From an uncultured Marinoscillum sp. (GTDB lineage: Bacteria; Bacteroidota; Bacteroidia; Cytophagales; MED-G16): 64,000 bases of DNA. Positions 30,137 to 39,457 of this stretch are shown piece after piece (the first letter of the stretch is position 1; each line of letters starts with the position of its first letter). Under the pieces are notes generated by a model. That model was not told the DNA's origin. It saw nothing but the letters and a program-made list of their open reading frames with translations, and did not search any database. Position numbers and translations under genes: made by a program. The stretch covers positions 126,084 through 190,083 of the forward strand of contig CABZXU010000001.1 in the NCBI GenBank assembly GCA_902529805.1. Reading direction: 5' to 3'.

Positions 30137-30700
30137 ATGAGTGAATCAAAAAATAACAATTTTTATTTAGTACTAGGGTTAATTTTAATTGTTGCTTTTT
30201 CGAGATTAATTCCACATTATCCTAATTTTACTCCTTTATGTTCTATTGCATTATTTGGTGCAAAATATTTTAATAATAGGTACTTAGCATATATTTTACC
30301 AATATTTTCTTTATGGTTAAGTGATATTATAATTAATAATTTTGTATTAGGACAATATTTTAATGAATTCACACTATTCTATTCTGGTTTTTACTGGCAG
30401 TATGGATCTTTCATATTAATTACTTTAATCGGAAGACTTACGTTAAAAAACATATCTTTTTCTAAGATATTAGGTGTTAGTATTTCCTCTTCTCTTATAT
30501 TTTTTGTTATTTCAAATTTTGGAGTTTGGATTTCTAGTTCATTCTATCCTAATACCTTATCAGGATTAATTTCATGTTATGTTGCTGCTATTCCTTTTTA
30601 TTATGGAACACTAGGTGGGGCAATTTTTTACTCATTTTTCTTATTTGGCTCTTATGAATTTATTTCAAGAAGAACTAATAAAGCATTTTCAATTAGATGA
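30137..30700 (+). CDS. DUF6580-family putative transport protein (integral membrane)
   Basis: About 187 aa and about 5 TM segments. The N-terminus RLIPHYPNFTPLCSIALFGAKYF is as I recall for DUF6580. The start is at either 30125 or 30137. The gene overlaps the next gene by 4 nt (ATGA). Confidence 0.6.
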   Translation: MSESKNNNFYLVLGLILIVAFSRLIPHYPNFTPLCSIALFGAKYFNNRYLAYILPIFSLWLSDIIINNFVLGQYFNEFTLFYSGFYWQYGSFILITLIGRLTLKNISFSKILGVSISSSLIFFVISNFGVWISSSFYPNTLSGLISCYVAAIPFYYGTLGGAIFYSFFLFGSYEFISRRTNKAFSIR

Positions 30701-31680
30701 ACTCTATCTTTTCAGAATTAAATTCTAGGATTTTGGTTTTAGACGGTGCTATGGGTACAATGATACAAACCTATAAGCTTGAAGAAGAAGATTTTAGAGG
30801 TGATAGGTTTAAAGATCATAAAATACTACTTAAAGGCAATAATGATCTTCTTTCCATAACTAGACCAGATATTATTAAGGAGATTCATAAGGGCTATTTG
30901 AATTCTGGAGCTGATATTGTACAAACAAATACTTTCTCTTCTACATCTATAGCAATGGAAGATTATGCATTACAAGATCTAGTATATGAACTTAATTTTG
31001 ACTCTGCAAAAATAGCAAGAGAGGTAACAGATAAGTTCCATAAAAAAAAATATGTTGCTGGATCTATCGGACCAACAAATAAGACTGCATCAATGTCTCC
31101 AGATGTAAATGATCCTGGTTTTAGAGCAATTACTTTTGATGAGTTAGTTGAATCATATAAAGAACAGATAAAAGGTTTAGTTGATGGAGGTTCAGATATT
31201 TTGTTAGTAGAGACCGTTTTTGATACTTTGAATGCAAAAGCTGCTCTTATGGCAATAAATGATTACTTTGAAGAAAATAATATAAGTTTACCTGTAATGT
31301 TAAGTGGAACTATTACTGATAATAGTGGAAGAACACTTTCTGGACAGACTGTAAATGCATTTCTTATTTCTCTATCTCATTTTCCACTACTAAGTATTGG
31401 TTTTAATTGTGCTCTGGGAGCTGACAAATTAAAACCCTATTTAAAGAGATTGAGTAACAGTACTAATTTTTTTACCTCAGTTTACCCTAATGCCGGTCTT
31501 CCTAATGCATTTGGTGAATATGATCAGACGCCGAATGGTATGTTGGCTCAGTTAAGAGAGTATCTTGATGAAAATTTAGTAAATATTATTGGTGGATGCT
31601 GTGGAACTACATACGACCATATTAAACTTATATCTGAAGAAGTAAAAAAGTATAAAACTAGGTCTATATCAAATGACTAA
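30697..31680 (+). CDS. Homocysteine S-methyltransferase domain protein (N-terminal module of split methionine synthase)
   Basis: 327 aa with Hcy-binding domain motifs LDGAMGT, GFNCA and GGCCGTT (zinc-ligand cysteines). Confidence 0.85.
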   Translation: MNSIFSELNSRILVLDGAMGTMIQTYKLEEEDFRGDRFKDHKILLKGNNDLLSITRPDIIKEIHKGYLNSGADIVQTNTFSSTSIAMEDYALQDLVYELNFDSAKIAREVTDKFHKKKYVAGSIGPTNKTASMSPDVNDPGFRAITFDELVESYKEQIKGLVDGGSDILLVETVFDTLNAKAALMAINDYFEENNISLPVMLSGTITDNSGRTLSGQTVNAFLISLSHFPLLSIGFNCALGADKLKPYLKRLSNSTNFFTSVYPNAGLPNAFGEYDQTPNGMLAQLREYLDENLVNIIGGCCGTTYDHIKLISEEVKKYKTRSISND

Positions 31681-34348
31681 ATGTAAAAATCTGACACTTT
31701 CTGGATTGGAGCCATTTGAGTTAAAATCAAATATCAATTTTGTGAATGTGGGGGAGAGAACCAATGTCACTGGATCAAGGAAATTTCTTAGGTTAATTAA
31801 AGATGATAATTATTCAGATGCAATTGAAGTTGCTAGAAATCAGGTAGAGGGAGGAGCTCAGATTATTGATGTGAATATGGACGAGGGTATGCTTGATGGA
31901 AAAGAGGCTATGGTAAAATTTTTAAATCTTATTCAAGCAGAGCCTGATATAGCTAAACTTCCAATTATGATTGATAGCTCAAAATGGGAGATAATCCTTG
32001 CTGGTTTAAAGACAGTTCAAGGGAAGTGCATAGTAAATTCAATTAGTTTAAAGGAGGGTGAAGAAATATTTAAGGAGCAGGCAAATACAATTAAAAAGTT
32101 TGGTGCTGCAACAATAGTTATGGCTTTTGATGAGAAAGGACAAGCAGATACATACCAGAGAAGGGTAGATATATGCAAGAGATCATATGATATACTTGTT
32201 AATGAAATTAATTTTAATCCAGAAGATATAATATTTGATCCAAATATTTTTCCAGTAGCTACTGGAATTGAGGAACATAAGACATATGCTGTTGACTTTT
32301 TTAAAGCAACAAATTGGATAACTACTAACCTCCCATGTGCTAATGTGAGTGGAGGAGTAAGTAATGTATCATTCTCATTTAGAGGTAACAATACTGTAAG
32401 AGAGGCTATGCACTCTGTTTTTTTATATCATGCAATAAAAAATGGGATGAGGATGGGAATCGTAAATCCATCATTATTAGAAATTTATGATAACATCCCC
32501 AAAGAATTATTGGGGTTTGTGGAGGATGTTATCCTCAATAGAAGAGATGACGCGACTGAGAGATTACTAGATTATGCTGAAAATGTTTCTAATAAAACTG
32601 TTAAAGATAAGAAGAAAGAGAAGTGGAGAGATGATGATGTCCAATCTAGACTCACTCACTCTCTAGTTAAAGGAATAGATAAATTTATAATTGAAGATGT
32701 AGAAGAAGCTAGACAAAACTCTGATAAAGCTATTCATGTGATAGAAACGTATCTTATGAATGGTATGAATGTAGTTGGCGATTTATTTGGTGAAGGTAAG
32801 ATGTTTTTACCTCAGGTAGTGAAATCTGCTAGAGTCATGAAGAAGGCTGTTGCTCACTTGGTACCTTTTATAGAGGAAGAGAAAGTAGAGGGGAAAAAAT
32901 CGAACGGTAAAATATTAATGGCTACAGTAAAAGGTGATGTACATGATATAGGAAAAAATATTGTTGGGGTTGTTTTAGCATGTAATAATTTTGAGATAGT
33001 AGACCTTGGTGTTATGGTTCCTCCAGAAAAAATTATAGACACTGCAATAAAAGAAAATGTTGATATAATTGGTTTAAGCGGACTTATTACACCTTCATTG
33101 GATGAGATGGTATTTTTAGCTAAAGAACTAGAAAAATTAGACCTTAAGATTCCTGTTTTAATCGGAGGTGCTACAACCTCAAAGACACATACAGCGGTTA
33201 AGATATCCCCTGAATATTCAGGTCCTGTTGTTCATGTAAATGACGCTTCAAAAGCTGTGCCAGTATCAACAAGTTTATTATCGGAAGATAGTGATGATTT
33301 TGTGAAAGGTGTGAAAACCGATTATGAGGTTGTTAAAGAAAACTTTGAGAATAGAAAGGTGACAAAAAGTTTTATTACAATTGATGAGGCTAGAAAAAAT
33401 AAATTTATCATTGATTGGAATAAATCAAAGATTGTAAAACCTACTTTTCTTGGAGTAAAAGAGATAGTGATTGATGATTTATCTATTCTTCGTGAATATA
33501 TTGACTGGACCCAGTTCTTTAGATCTTGGAATTTACACGGAATCTATCCAGATATTTTTAGTTATGAAGCTAACGGTAAGGAAGCTAAAAAATTATTTGA
33601 TGATGCTAACGAATTATTAGATAAGATAATCAAAGAAAAACTATTAACTGCAAGGGGGATTTTTGGAATTTTCCCAGCTAATTCAATAGATGATGATATC
33701 TTAGTCTATGATAATAAATCATCAGATAAAGTTCTAGATAAATTTTTGACTTTGAGACAGCAAAGTAAAAAAGCAGAAGGAATACCAAACATTGCTCTAT
33801 CTGATTTTATAGCACCTCAGTCATCTAAAATAAAAGATTATATTGGTTCTTTTTGTGTTAGCACTGGTTTTGGCTCAGATGAATTATGTTCAAAATTTGA
33901 GAAAGAAAACGATGACTATTCAAGCATAATGGTTAAAGCATTAGCAGATAGGTTCGCTGAAGCATTTGCTGAATACCTCCATAAAGAAGTGAGAATTAAA
34001 TATTGGGGATATTCTTCAAATGAAAATTTTTCAAATGATGATCTAATCAAAGAAAAATATATTGGAATTAGACCTGCTCCAGGTTATCCAGCTTGCCCAG
34101 ATCATTTAGAAAAAAATACCATCTGGAAATTATTAAAAGTAGAAGAAAAAATAGGAGTAAAACTTACAGAAAGTTTAGCAATGTGGCCTGCTGCCTCAGT
34201 TAGTGGATATTATTTTGCAAATACTGAATCAAAATATTTTGGATTGGGTAAAATCGATAAAGACCAAGTTATTGATTATTCTAAAAGAAGAAAAATATCA
34301 TTTAAAGAAGCCTCTAAATGGTTAAATCCAAATATTAATGATATTTAA
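31673..34348 (+). CDS. metH: Cobalamin-dependent methionine synthase (pterin-binding, B12-binding and AdoMet-activation modules)
   Basis: 891 aa with B12-binding DxHxxG (GDVHDIGKN) and a C-terminal activation domain ([12 protein letters not shown]). It overlaps the upstream Hcy module gene by 8 nt. Confidence 0.9.
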   Translation: MTKCKNLTLSGLEPFELKSNINFVNVGERTNVTGSRKFLRLIKDDNYSDAIEVARNQVEGGAQIIDVNMDEGMLDGKEAMVKFLNLIQAEPDIAKLPIMIDSSKWEIILAGLKTVQGKCIVNSISLKEGEEIFKEQANTIKKFGAATIVMAFDEKGQADTYQRRVDICKRSYDILVNEINFNPEDIIFDPNIFPVATGIEEHKTYAVDFFKATNWITTNLPCANVSGGVSNVSFSFRGNNTVREAMHSVFLYHAIKNGMRMGIVNPSLLEIYDNIPKELLGFVEDVILNRRDDATERLLDYAENVSNKTVKDKKKEKWRDDDVQSRLTHSLVKGIDKFIIEDVEEARQNSDKAIHVIETYLMNGMNVVGDLFGEGKMFLPQVVKSARVMKKAVAHLVPFIEEEKVEGKKSNGKILMATVKGDVHDIGKNIVGVVLACNNFEIVDLGVMVPPEKIIDTAIKENVDIIGLSGLITPSLDEMVFLAKELEKLDLKIPVLIGGATTSKTHTAVKISPEYSGPVVHVNDASKAVPVSTSLLSEDSDDFVKGVKTDYEVVKENFENRKVTKSFITIDEARKNKFIIDWNKSKIVKPTFLGVKEIVIDDLSILREYIDWTQFFRSWNLHGIYPDIFSYEANGKEAKKLFDDANELLDKIIKEKLLTARGIFGIFPANSIDDDILVYDNKSSDKVLDKFLTLRQQSKKAEGIPNIALSDFIAPQSSKIKDYIGSFCVSTGFGSDELCSKFEKENDDYSSIMVKALADRFAEAFAEYLHKEVRIKYWGYSSNENFSNDDLIKEKYIGIRPAPGYPACPDHLEKNTIWKLLKVEEKIGVKLTESLAMWPAASVSGYYFANTESKYFGLGKIDKDQVIDYSKRRKISFKEASKWLNPNINDI

Positions 34349-34393
34349 TTATTATTGCATAATAATTAAATTTAAGTTCCTAATTTAAAAATT

Positions 34394-36238
34394 ATGTGTG
34401 GAATTATAGCTTATGTTGGTGATAAACCTAGTGCTGGTAAAATTCTATTTAAAGGGCTTCATGCCTTGGAATATAGAGGTTATGATAGTTCTGGAATAGC
34501 TTTGCTCAATGAAAGAAATAATATTAAGGTTTTTAAAAAAAAAGGAATAGTTAAACTAGCAGAAAAAAAATTTTTAAAAGAAAAGTTAAATTCAAATATT
34601 GGAATTGGACATACAAGATGGGCTACTCATGGCGAACCTAACAATAAAAATTCTCATCCTATACTATCATACTCTAAGAATTTTGCAATTGTACATAATG
34701 GGATAATTGAAAATTATTCAAGTTTAAAACAAATATTATTAGAAAAAGGATATGAATTCAACACAGATACTGATACTGAAGTTTTAATTAATTATATTGA
34801 AGAAATATATAATAAAAGTGGTTCTAATTTTGAAAACGCTCTAAGTACTGCTCTAAGACAGATAAGGGGAGCCTTTGCTATAGCAATTATTAATAAAAAA
34901 ACCCCAAAATATCTTTATGGAGCAAGAAGAGGAAGTCCTTTGGTAGTCGGAATTGCAGAAAAGAAGTTTTTTTTAGCTTCAGATGCTTCCCCAATTATTA
35001 AGTATACAAATGATGTAATTTATCTTAAGGATAATGAAATAGTAAAAGTTTCTTCTGAAAATCTTAAGATCACAAATCTAAAAAAAGAAAAAATTAATCC
35101 AGAAATTAAAAAAATTGAATTAAAAATTGAAGAAATTGAAAAAGGTGGATTTGATTCTTTTATGTTAAAAGAAATTATGGAACAACCAAAATCCATAAAA
35201 CGCTCAATGCTTGGTAGAATTAATGTAAATACCAAATCTTTATTTATAAATGGTATAAATGATTATGTCAATAAATTATTAAATGCAAGAAGAATTATAA
35301 TTGTTGGATGCGGTACATCGTGGCATGCTGGTCTAGTAGCTGAATATTTTTTTGAAAAATATACGAGAATTCCTGTTGAAGTTGAATATGCATCTGAGTT
35401 TAGATATAGAAATCCAATTTTAAATTCAAATGATGTTGTGTTTTTTATATCACAATCTGGAGAAACTGCTGATACTTTAGAATCTGTAAAAATTACCAAA
35501 AAAAAGGGGGCAACTGCATTAGGAATTGTAAATAGTGTTGGTTCTTCTATAGCAAGAGCAACTGATGAAGGATGTTATCTGCATGCTGGTCCAGAAATAG
35601 GTGTTGCTAGTACTAAAGCATTTACTTCACAACTAATAATATTATTTATGATTGGAGTAAGACTAGCAAGAAGATTAGATAAAATTAAGGAAAAAAAATA
35701 TGTTGAAATGATTTATCAGCTTGACAATATACCTAAACTAGTTAAAGAAATACTTAAGAAAAAAAATATAATAAAAAATATTGCTAAGATTATTTATAAA
35801 AAAAAAAGTTGTCTTTATATGGCTCGAGGAACCAATTATCCAGTAGGCTTAGAAGGAGCTTTAAAATTAAAAGAAATATCATATATACATGCTGAAGGGT
35901 ATCCTGCTGCTGAATTAAAACATGGCCCAATAGCATTATTAGAAAAAGGAACTCCCGTTATTGTAATCTGTACTAGAAGTGATGAGTATGAAAAAACAAT
36001 TGCTAATATTGAAGAGGTGAAAGCAAGAAAAGCTATGGTTATAGCAATTTTGGATTCAAAGAATAAACATGTGAGCAAAATGGTAGATCATTCCATCGTC
36101 ATCCCTCAAATCAAAAATGATTTTTCACCAATCTTAAATATTATTCCTCTCCAGTTGTTAGCATATTATGTTACAAAGTATAAAGGGCTAGATGTAGACA
36201 AACCCAGAAATCTAGCTAAATCTGTTACAGTAGAATAA
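34394..36238 (+). CDS. glmS: Glutamine--fructose-6-phosphate aminotransferase
   Basis: 614 aa with the N-terminal nucleophile MCGIIAY, two SIS domains, and the canonical C-terminus KSVTVE. Confidence 0.95.
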   Translation: MCGIIAYVGDKPSAGKILFKGLHALEYRGYDSSGIALLNERNNIKVFKKKGIVKLAEKKFLKEKLNSNIGIGHTRWATHGEPNNKNSHPILSYSKNFAIVHNGIIENYSSLKQILLEKGYEFNTDTDTEVLINYIEEIYNKSGSNFENALSTALRQIRGAFAIAIINKKTPKYLYGARRGSPLVVGIAEKKFFLASDASPIIKYTNDVIYLKDNEIVKVSSENLKITNLKKEKINPEIKKIELKIEEIEKGGFDSFMLKEIMEQPKSIKRSMLGRINVNTKSLFINGINDYVNKLLNARRIIIVGCGTSWHAGLVAEYFFEKYTRIPVEVEYASEFRYRNPILNSNDVVFFISQSGETADTLESVKITKKKGATALGIVNSVGSSIARATDEGCYLHAGPEIGVASTKAFTSQLIILFMIGVRLARRLDKIKEKKYVEMIYQLDNIPKLVKEILKKKNIIKNIAKIIYKKKSCLYMARGTNYPVGLEGALKLKEISYIHAEGYPAAELKHGPIALLEKGTPVIVICTRSDEYEKTIANIEEVKARKAMVIAILDSKNKHVSKMVDHSIVIPQIKNDFSPILNIIPLQLLAYYVTKYKGLDVDKPRNLAKSVTVE

Positions 36239-36266
36239 AGCATGAAAACATTTTTATGATAAAAAA

Positions 36267-36590
36267 ATGAAGGCATATATATATTTGTTCTTAGCAATAA
36301 TTTTTGAAGTTTTAGGTACGCTTTTAATTCCTGCTACCAAAAATTTTACAAAAATTTTACCAACAGTAATTTTATCTCTTAGTTACTTCACATCTTTTTA
36401 TTTTCTGTCATTTGCCATTAATAAATTACCTATAACTGTAGTTTATGCCTCATGGTCTGGGTTAGGGATATTCACAATTGCACTGCTTAGTTATGTGTTT
36501 TATGATCAGACATTACGTTGGCAAGGTATATTAGGCTTGTTTTTTATTATAATTGGGGTAACACTTGTAAACATATATAAAACTCAATAA
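36267..36590 (+). CDS. SMR-family small multidrug efflux protein
   Basis: 107 aa, 4 TM segments, with the conserved membrane-embedded Glu in IIFEVLGTLL. Confidence 0.8.
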   Translation: MKAYIYLFLAIIFEVLGTLLIPATKNFTKILPTVILSLSYFTSFYFLSFAINKLPITVVYASWSGLGIFTIALLSYVFYDQTLRWQGILGLFFIIIGVTLVNIYKTQ

Positions 36591-36595
36591 AAAAA

Positions 36596-37018
36596 TTAAA
36601 GATATTTTTTCATATTAATTGAGCTCTTCTTAAAACCTTGTCTTGAATAAAAGTTTTCAAGATTTTCTTTACAAAACAACGTTATTCTATAACAACTATT
36701 TTTTTTCCCAATATTTATAAGCTCTTTTATTAAATTTTCACCAATAAACCTGCCTCTATAATTCTTATCGACAACAATATCTTCAATGTGTCCAGCAACT
36801 TCACATCTAATTTTGTTTTCAATAACTATTGAACCATAGGCAACTATTTTATTGTCCAAAACTCCAACTACTGATTTTGTGCTTTTATTTTGATTAAAAC
36901 TATTCCAAGCTGATTCTTTATCTATAGATTCAATATTTAATTCTTTTAATTGATTAAGAATTTTAAATACCCTATCTAAATCTTCTTTAATAACTTTTCT
37001 AAAAATCACTTTACTCAT
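36596..37018 (-). CDS. GNAT acetyltransferase, GNA1-like (glucosamine-6-phosphate N-acetyltransferase-like)
   Basis: 140 aa. The block AGHIEDIVVDKNYRG...CYRITLFCKENLENFYSRQGF...MKKY matches, from memory, the eukaryotic GNA1/GNPNAT1 pattern GHIEDI.V...Y.G.G.G..L......CYKI.L.C...N..FY.K.GF. Confidence 0.6.
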   Translation of the reverse strand: MSKVIFRKVIKEDLDRVFKILNQLKELNIESIDKESAWNSFNQNKSTKSVVGVLDNKIVAYGSIVIENKIRCEVAGHIEDIVVDKNYRGRFIGENLIKELINIGKKNSCYRITLFCKENLENFYSRQGFKKSSINMKKYL

Positions 37019-37619
37019 TGGTCTGAGTTTTTTTTGAATTTTTGTCTTTTATCCTGATTAAAACATATCCAAATGAAAATTGAAAAGTTGTGTTTTTTGT
37101 GTCATTTGCAAATGGATCATCATCAGAAATATTTTTCAGTCCTTTAACATATCTTACAGAAAAAATAAATCTATCTACAGGTTCAACTGATACGTCTAAA
37201 ACTAAACTAAAATCTCTTTTTAAAAATTTATCTTTAATATCTGTTGGAATTCCACTTACTTCATTAATGGCTCCAGTTAATATTCCAAATTGAGGTCCAA
37301 AATGAATATTCATTGGTCCAAATGAACTTCTAACTAGTATTGGAACATTTAAATAATTAATACTTCGAATCGTTGATGAGTTTATTTTTGTCCCCTGCGT
37401 TGAATACTGAAGCTCTGGTTGTATTCCAAAAATTAAAGGAAGCTTTATATAAGTAAAAACTCCAACATGCAAGCCAGTAATCGATTTTGTTCCAGAAATT
37501 GACTTTATATTTTGAGTTGCAAAATTAGATCCAGACTTTATTCCTAAATCAAATTTTTGAGAAAAAGAGTTTTGAATTATTAAAAGAAAAAAAATGAAGG
37601 TGAAAATTTTTGATTTCAT
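37011..37619 (-). CDS. Outer-membrane beta-barrel (porin/PorT-like) protein
   Basis: The signal peptide MKSKIFTFIFFLLIIQNSFSQ begins at the internal ATG at 37619. The sequence has an alternating beta-strand pattern and a C-terminal aromatic-rich strand. Confidence 0.65.
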   Translation of the reverse strand: MKSKIFTFIFFLLIIQNSFSQKFDLGIKSGSNFATQNIKSISGTKSITGLHVGVFTYIKLPLIFGIQPELQYSTQGTKINSSTIRSINYLNVPILVRSSFGPMNIHFGPQFGILTGAINEVSGIPTDIKDKFLKRDFSLVLDVSVEPVDRFIFSVRYVKGLKNISDDDPFANDTKNTTFQFSFGYVLIRIKDKNSKKTQTNE

Positions 37620-37843
37620 TTTTAAATTTACATTCATAAATTGTTTGAATTTATTTCAAAATTAATAAAAAATAGAACTGATAAACTTAATTTTTTTATA
37701 AAAGATTAAACCAAATAATCTTTTTAAATAGTTAATTAATATAAAAAAACTCTATTATTTCATTTGATTTTCGTTTTTTTATTAAAAAAAAATTAAATTG
37801 AACTCCTTTTGATTTTTTAAAATACTAACTATTTAATTATACT

Positions 37844-39436
37844 ATGAAAAAATTATTTAAAATTCCTAATTTATTAATATTACTAATTACTGCTATACTT
37901 TATTCTTGTGGAGGATCACAAGAAGTTCAAAAAAAACGTATGACGGTTACAACAAATTCTGATGAAGCTAGAGAATTACTTTATCAAGCATTAGATCAAG
38001 ATGAAGGATTAAATTGGCAAATAGCTGAGAATCTACTAAAATCTGCTTTAGCTAAAGATCCAAATTTTATACTAGCAAAGGCTTTATTAAATTCAGGTTT
38101 TGTTAACAATCCTAATTTAAAAGTATTATCTGAAATCAATAATAATTCCTTAGATAAAGTATCTGAAATGGAGGGATTATTTATTAAGGCATACTACCAA
38201 AGAGCTTCGGGAGAAAATAAAGAAAGTAGAGAAACATTAAAAAAATTGACTGACAAATATTCGGATATTCCAATTTTTTGGCTGCATAGTGGAATTCTTA
38301 AATCTATTGGTGGTGGCGGTGACATTAATGATGCGATCAAAGATTTAGAAAAGTGTTTAGAAGTTGATCCAAATAGTTATGGCGCAAATGCATTTCTTAT
38401 GGCTAAGCATATGGTTGTAGGAACTTTAGGTAGAATGCTTCCAGTAGAAGAAAGAGATTTAGAAGTTGCTAAAATGCATATAGATAAAATGATTGAAATA
38501 GATCCCAATAATTCATATGGTCCTACTTATGCAGGAAATTATGAAAGATCAAAAGGAAATTTTGAAAAAGCTATCGAGTACTACGAGCAAGCTGGAAGTA
38601 TTCCTTCGGATGACAATCTTAATCTTTATCAAGCAAATCATTACCTTGCATTAACCAATACATTTTTAAAAAAATATGATGTTGCTGAATCTTATTTTAG
38701 AACAAACATTGATATTGCAGAGGGTGGTTATCAAAGACAAGCTCTATGGTTTATGCCGAGTCTTCATATTTTTAATAGTGATTTTGATAGAGCAATTGAA
38801 GCAACAGATGAATATATCGAAAAAATGCCTACTTTGGAATTATCATATATTTTAGAAAATAATCAATTAGGGGGAGTTCATTTCCATAGATTCTTAGCTT
38901 TTTCTCATAATCAGCAAGATGAAGATTCATTTAAAGAAATTGAACAATTTTCAAAATTTAGAATGAATGTAATGGAATATAATAAATCATCAATGACTGA
39001 AAAGCAATATCAGGATGGACAAGATAGGCTAAATTATCAAGTTCAGATTATGAAAGCATGGCATGCCATTCTTTTTGGAAGGTATGATGATGCCCGACAA
39101 TCTTTGGTGTCCGCTAAGCAATTTGTTGAAGAAGGCATAAAAGAAAATCCAGATTGGCAATACCCATACTTTGACATTAATGTTTTTGAAGGAATGATTC
39201 TACTTAACGAAGGTGATTTTAATGCATCAATTGAATCTTTTGAAAAAACTAAAGGTAAAGTTGGAAACGGTGCTTTAAATATGGACAGAGTTTATTTTGA
39301 TTACTTTCATGCTCTTGCTTTAAAAGGAGCTGGAAGAATAGATGAAGCAACTCCTATATTCACTAGAATAGCTAACGAAAACTTTTACGGCATTGGAAGA
39401 GCATTAACAAGGGAACTTGCAGCTGCTCAAATTTGA
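37844..39436 (+). CDS. TPR-repeat lipoprotein
   Basis: 530 aa with lipobox LYSC and repeated TPR-like helical pairs. It ends 21 nt upstream of the sensor phosphatase gene. Confidence 0.65.
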   Translation: MKKLFKIPNLLILLITAILYSCGGSQEVQKKRMTVTTNSDEARELLYQALDQDEGLNWQIAENLLKSALAKDPNFILAKALLNSGFVNNPNLKVLSEINNNSLDKVSEMEGLFIKAYYQRASGENKESRETLKKLTDKYSDIPIFWLHSGILKSIGGGGDINDAIKDLEKCLEVDPNSYGANAFLMAKHMVVGTLGRMLPVEERDLEVAKMHIDKMIEIDPNNSYGPTYAGNYERSKGNFEKAIEYYEQAGSIPSDDNLNLYQANHYLALTNTFLKKYDVAESYFRTNIDIAEGGYQRQALWFMPSLHIFNSDFDRAIEATDEYIEKMPTLELSYILENNQLGGVHFHRFLAFSHNQQDEDSFKEIEQFSKFRMNVMEYNKSSMTEKQYQDGQDRLNYQVQIMKAWHAILFGRYDDARQSLVSAKQFVEEGIKENPDWQYPYFDINVFEGMILLNEGDFNASIESFEKTKGKVGNGALNMDRVYFDYFHALALKGAGRIDEATPIFTRIANENFYGIGRALTRELAAAQI

Positions 39437-39457
39437 TTATTTTCTTAAATTATATTT

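Noticed and set aside
30125-30700. A cobalamin riboswitch upstream of metH.
   Set aside because: No non-coding space exists: the genes from metK to metH abut or overlap. B12 riboswitches typically control metE or btuB rather than metH.
34347-34367. An AT-only palindrome (AATTATTA-TTGCA-TAATAATT) after metH, considered as a terminator.
   Set aside because: The 8 A-T pairs would be very unstable and no U-tract follows. Such palindromes arise by chance at this base composition.
34349-34393. A glmS ribozyme or other leader RNA upstream of glmS.
   Set aside because: Only 45 nt of AT-rich spacer are available, far too short for the glmS ribozyme. As far as I know, that ribozyme is also confined mainly to Gram-positive lineages.
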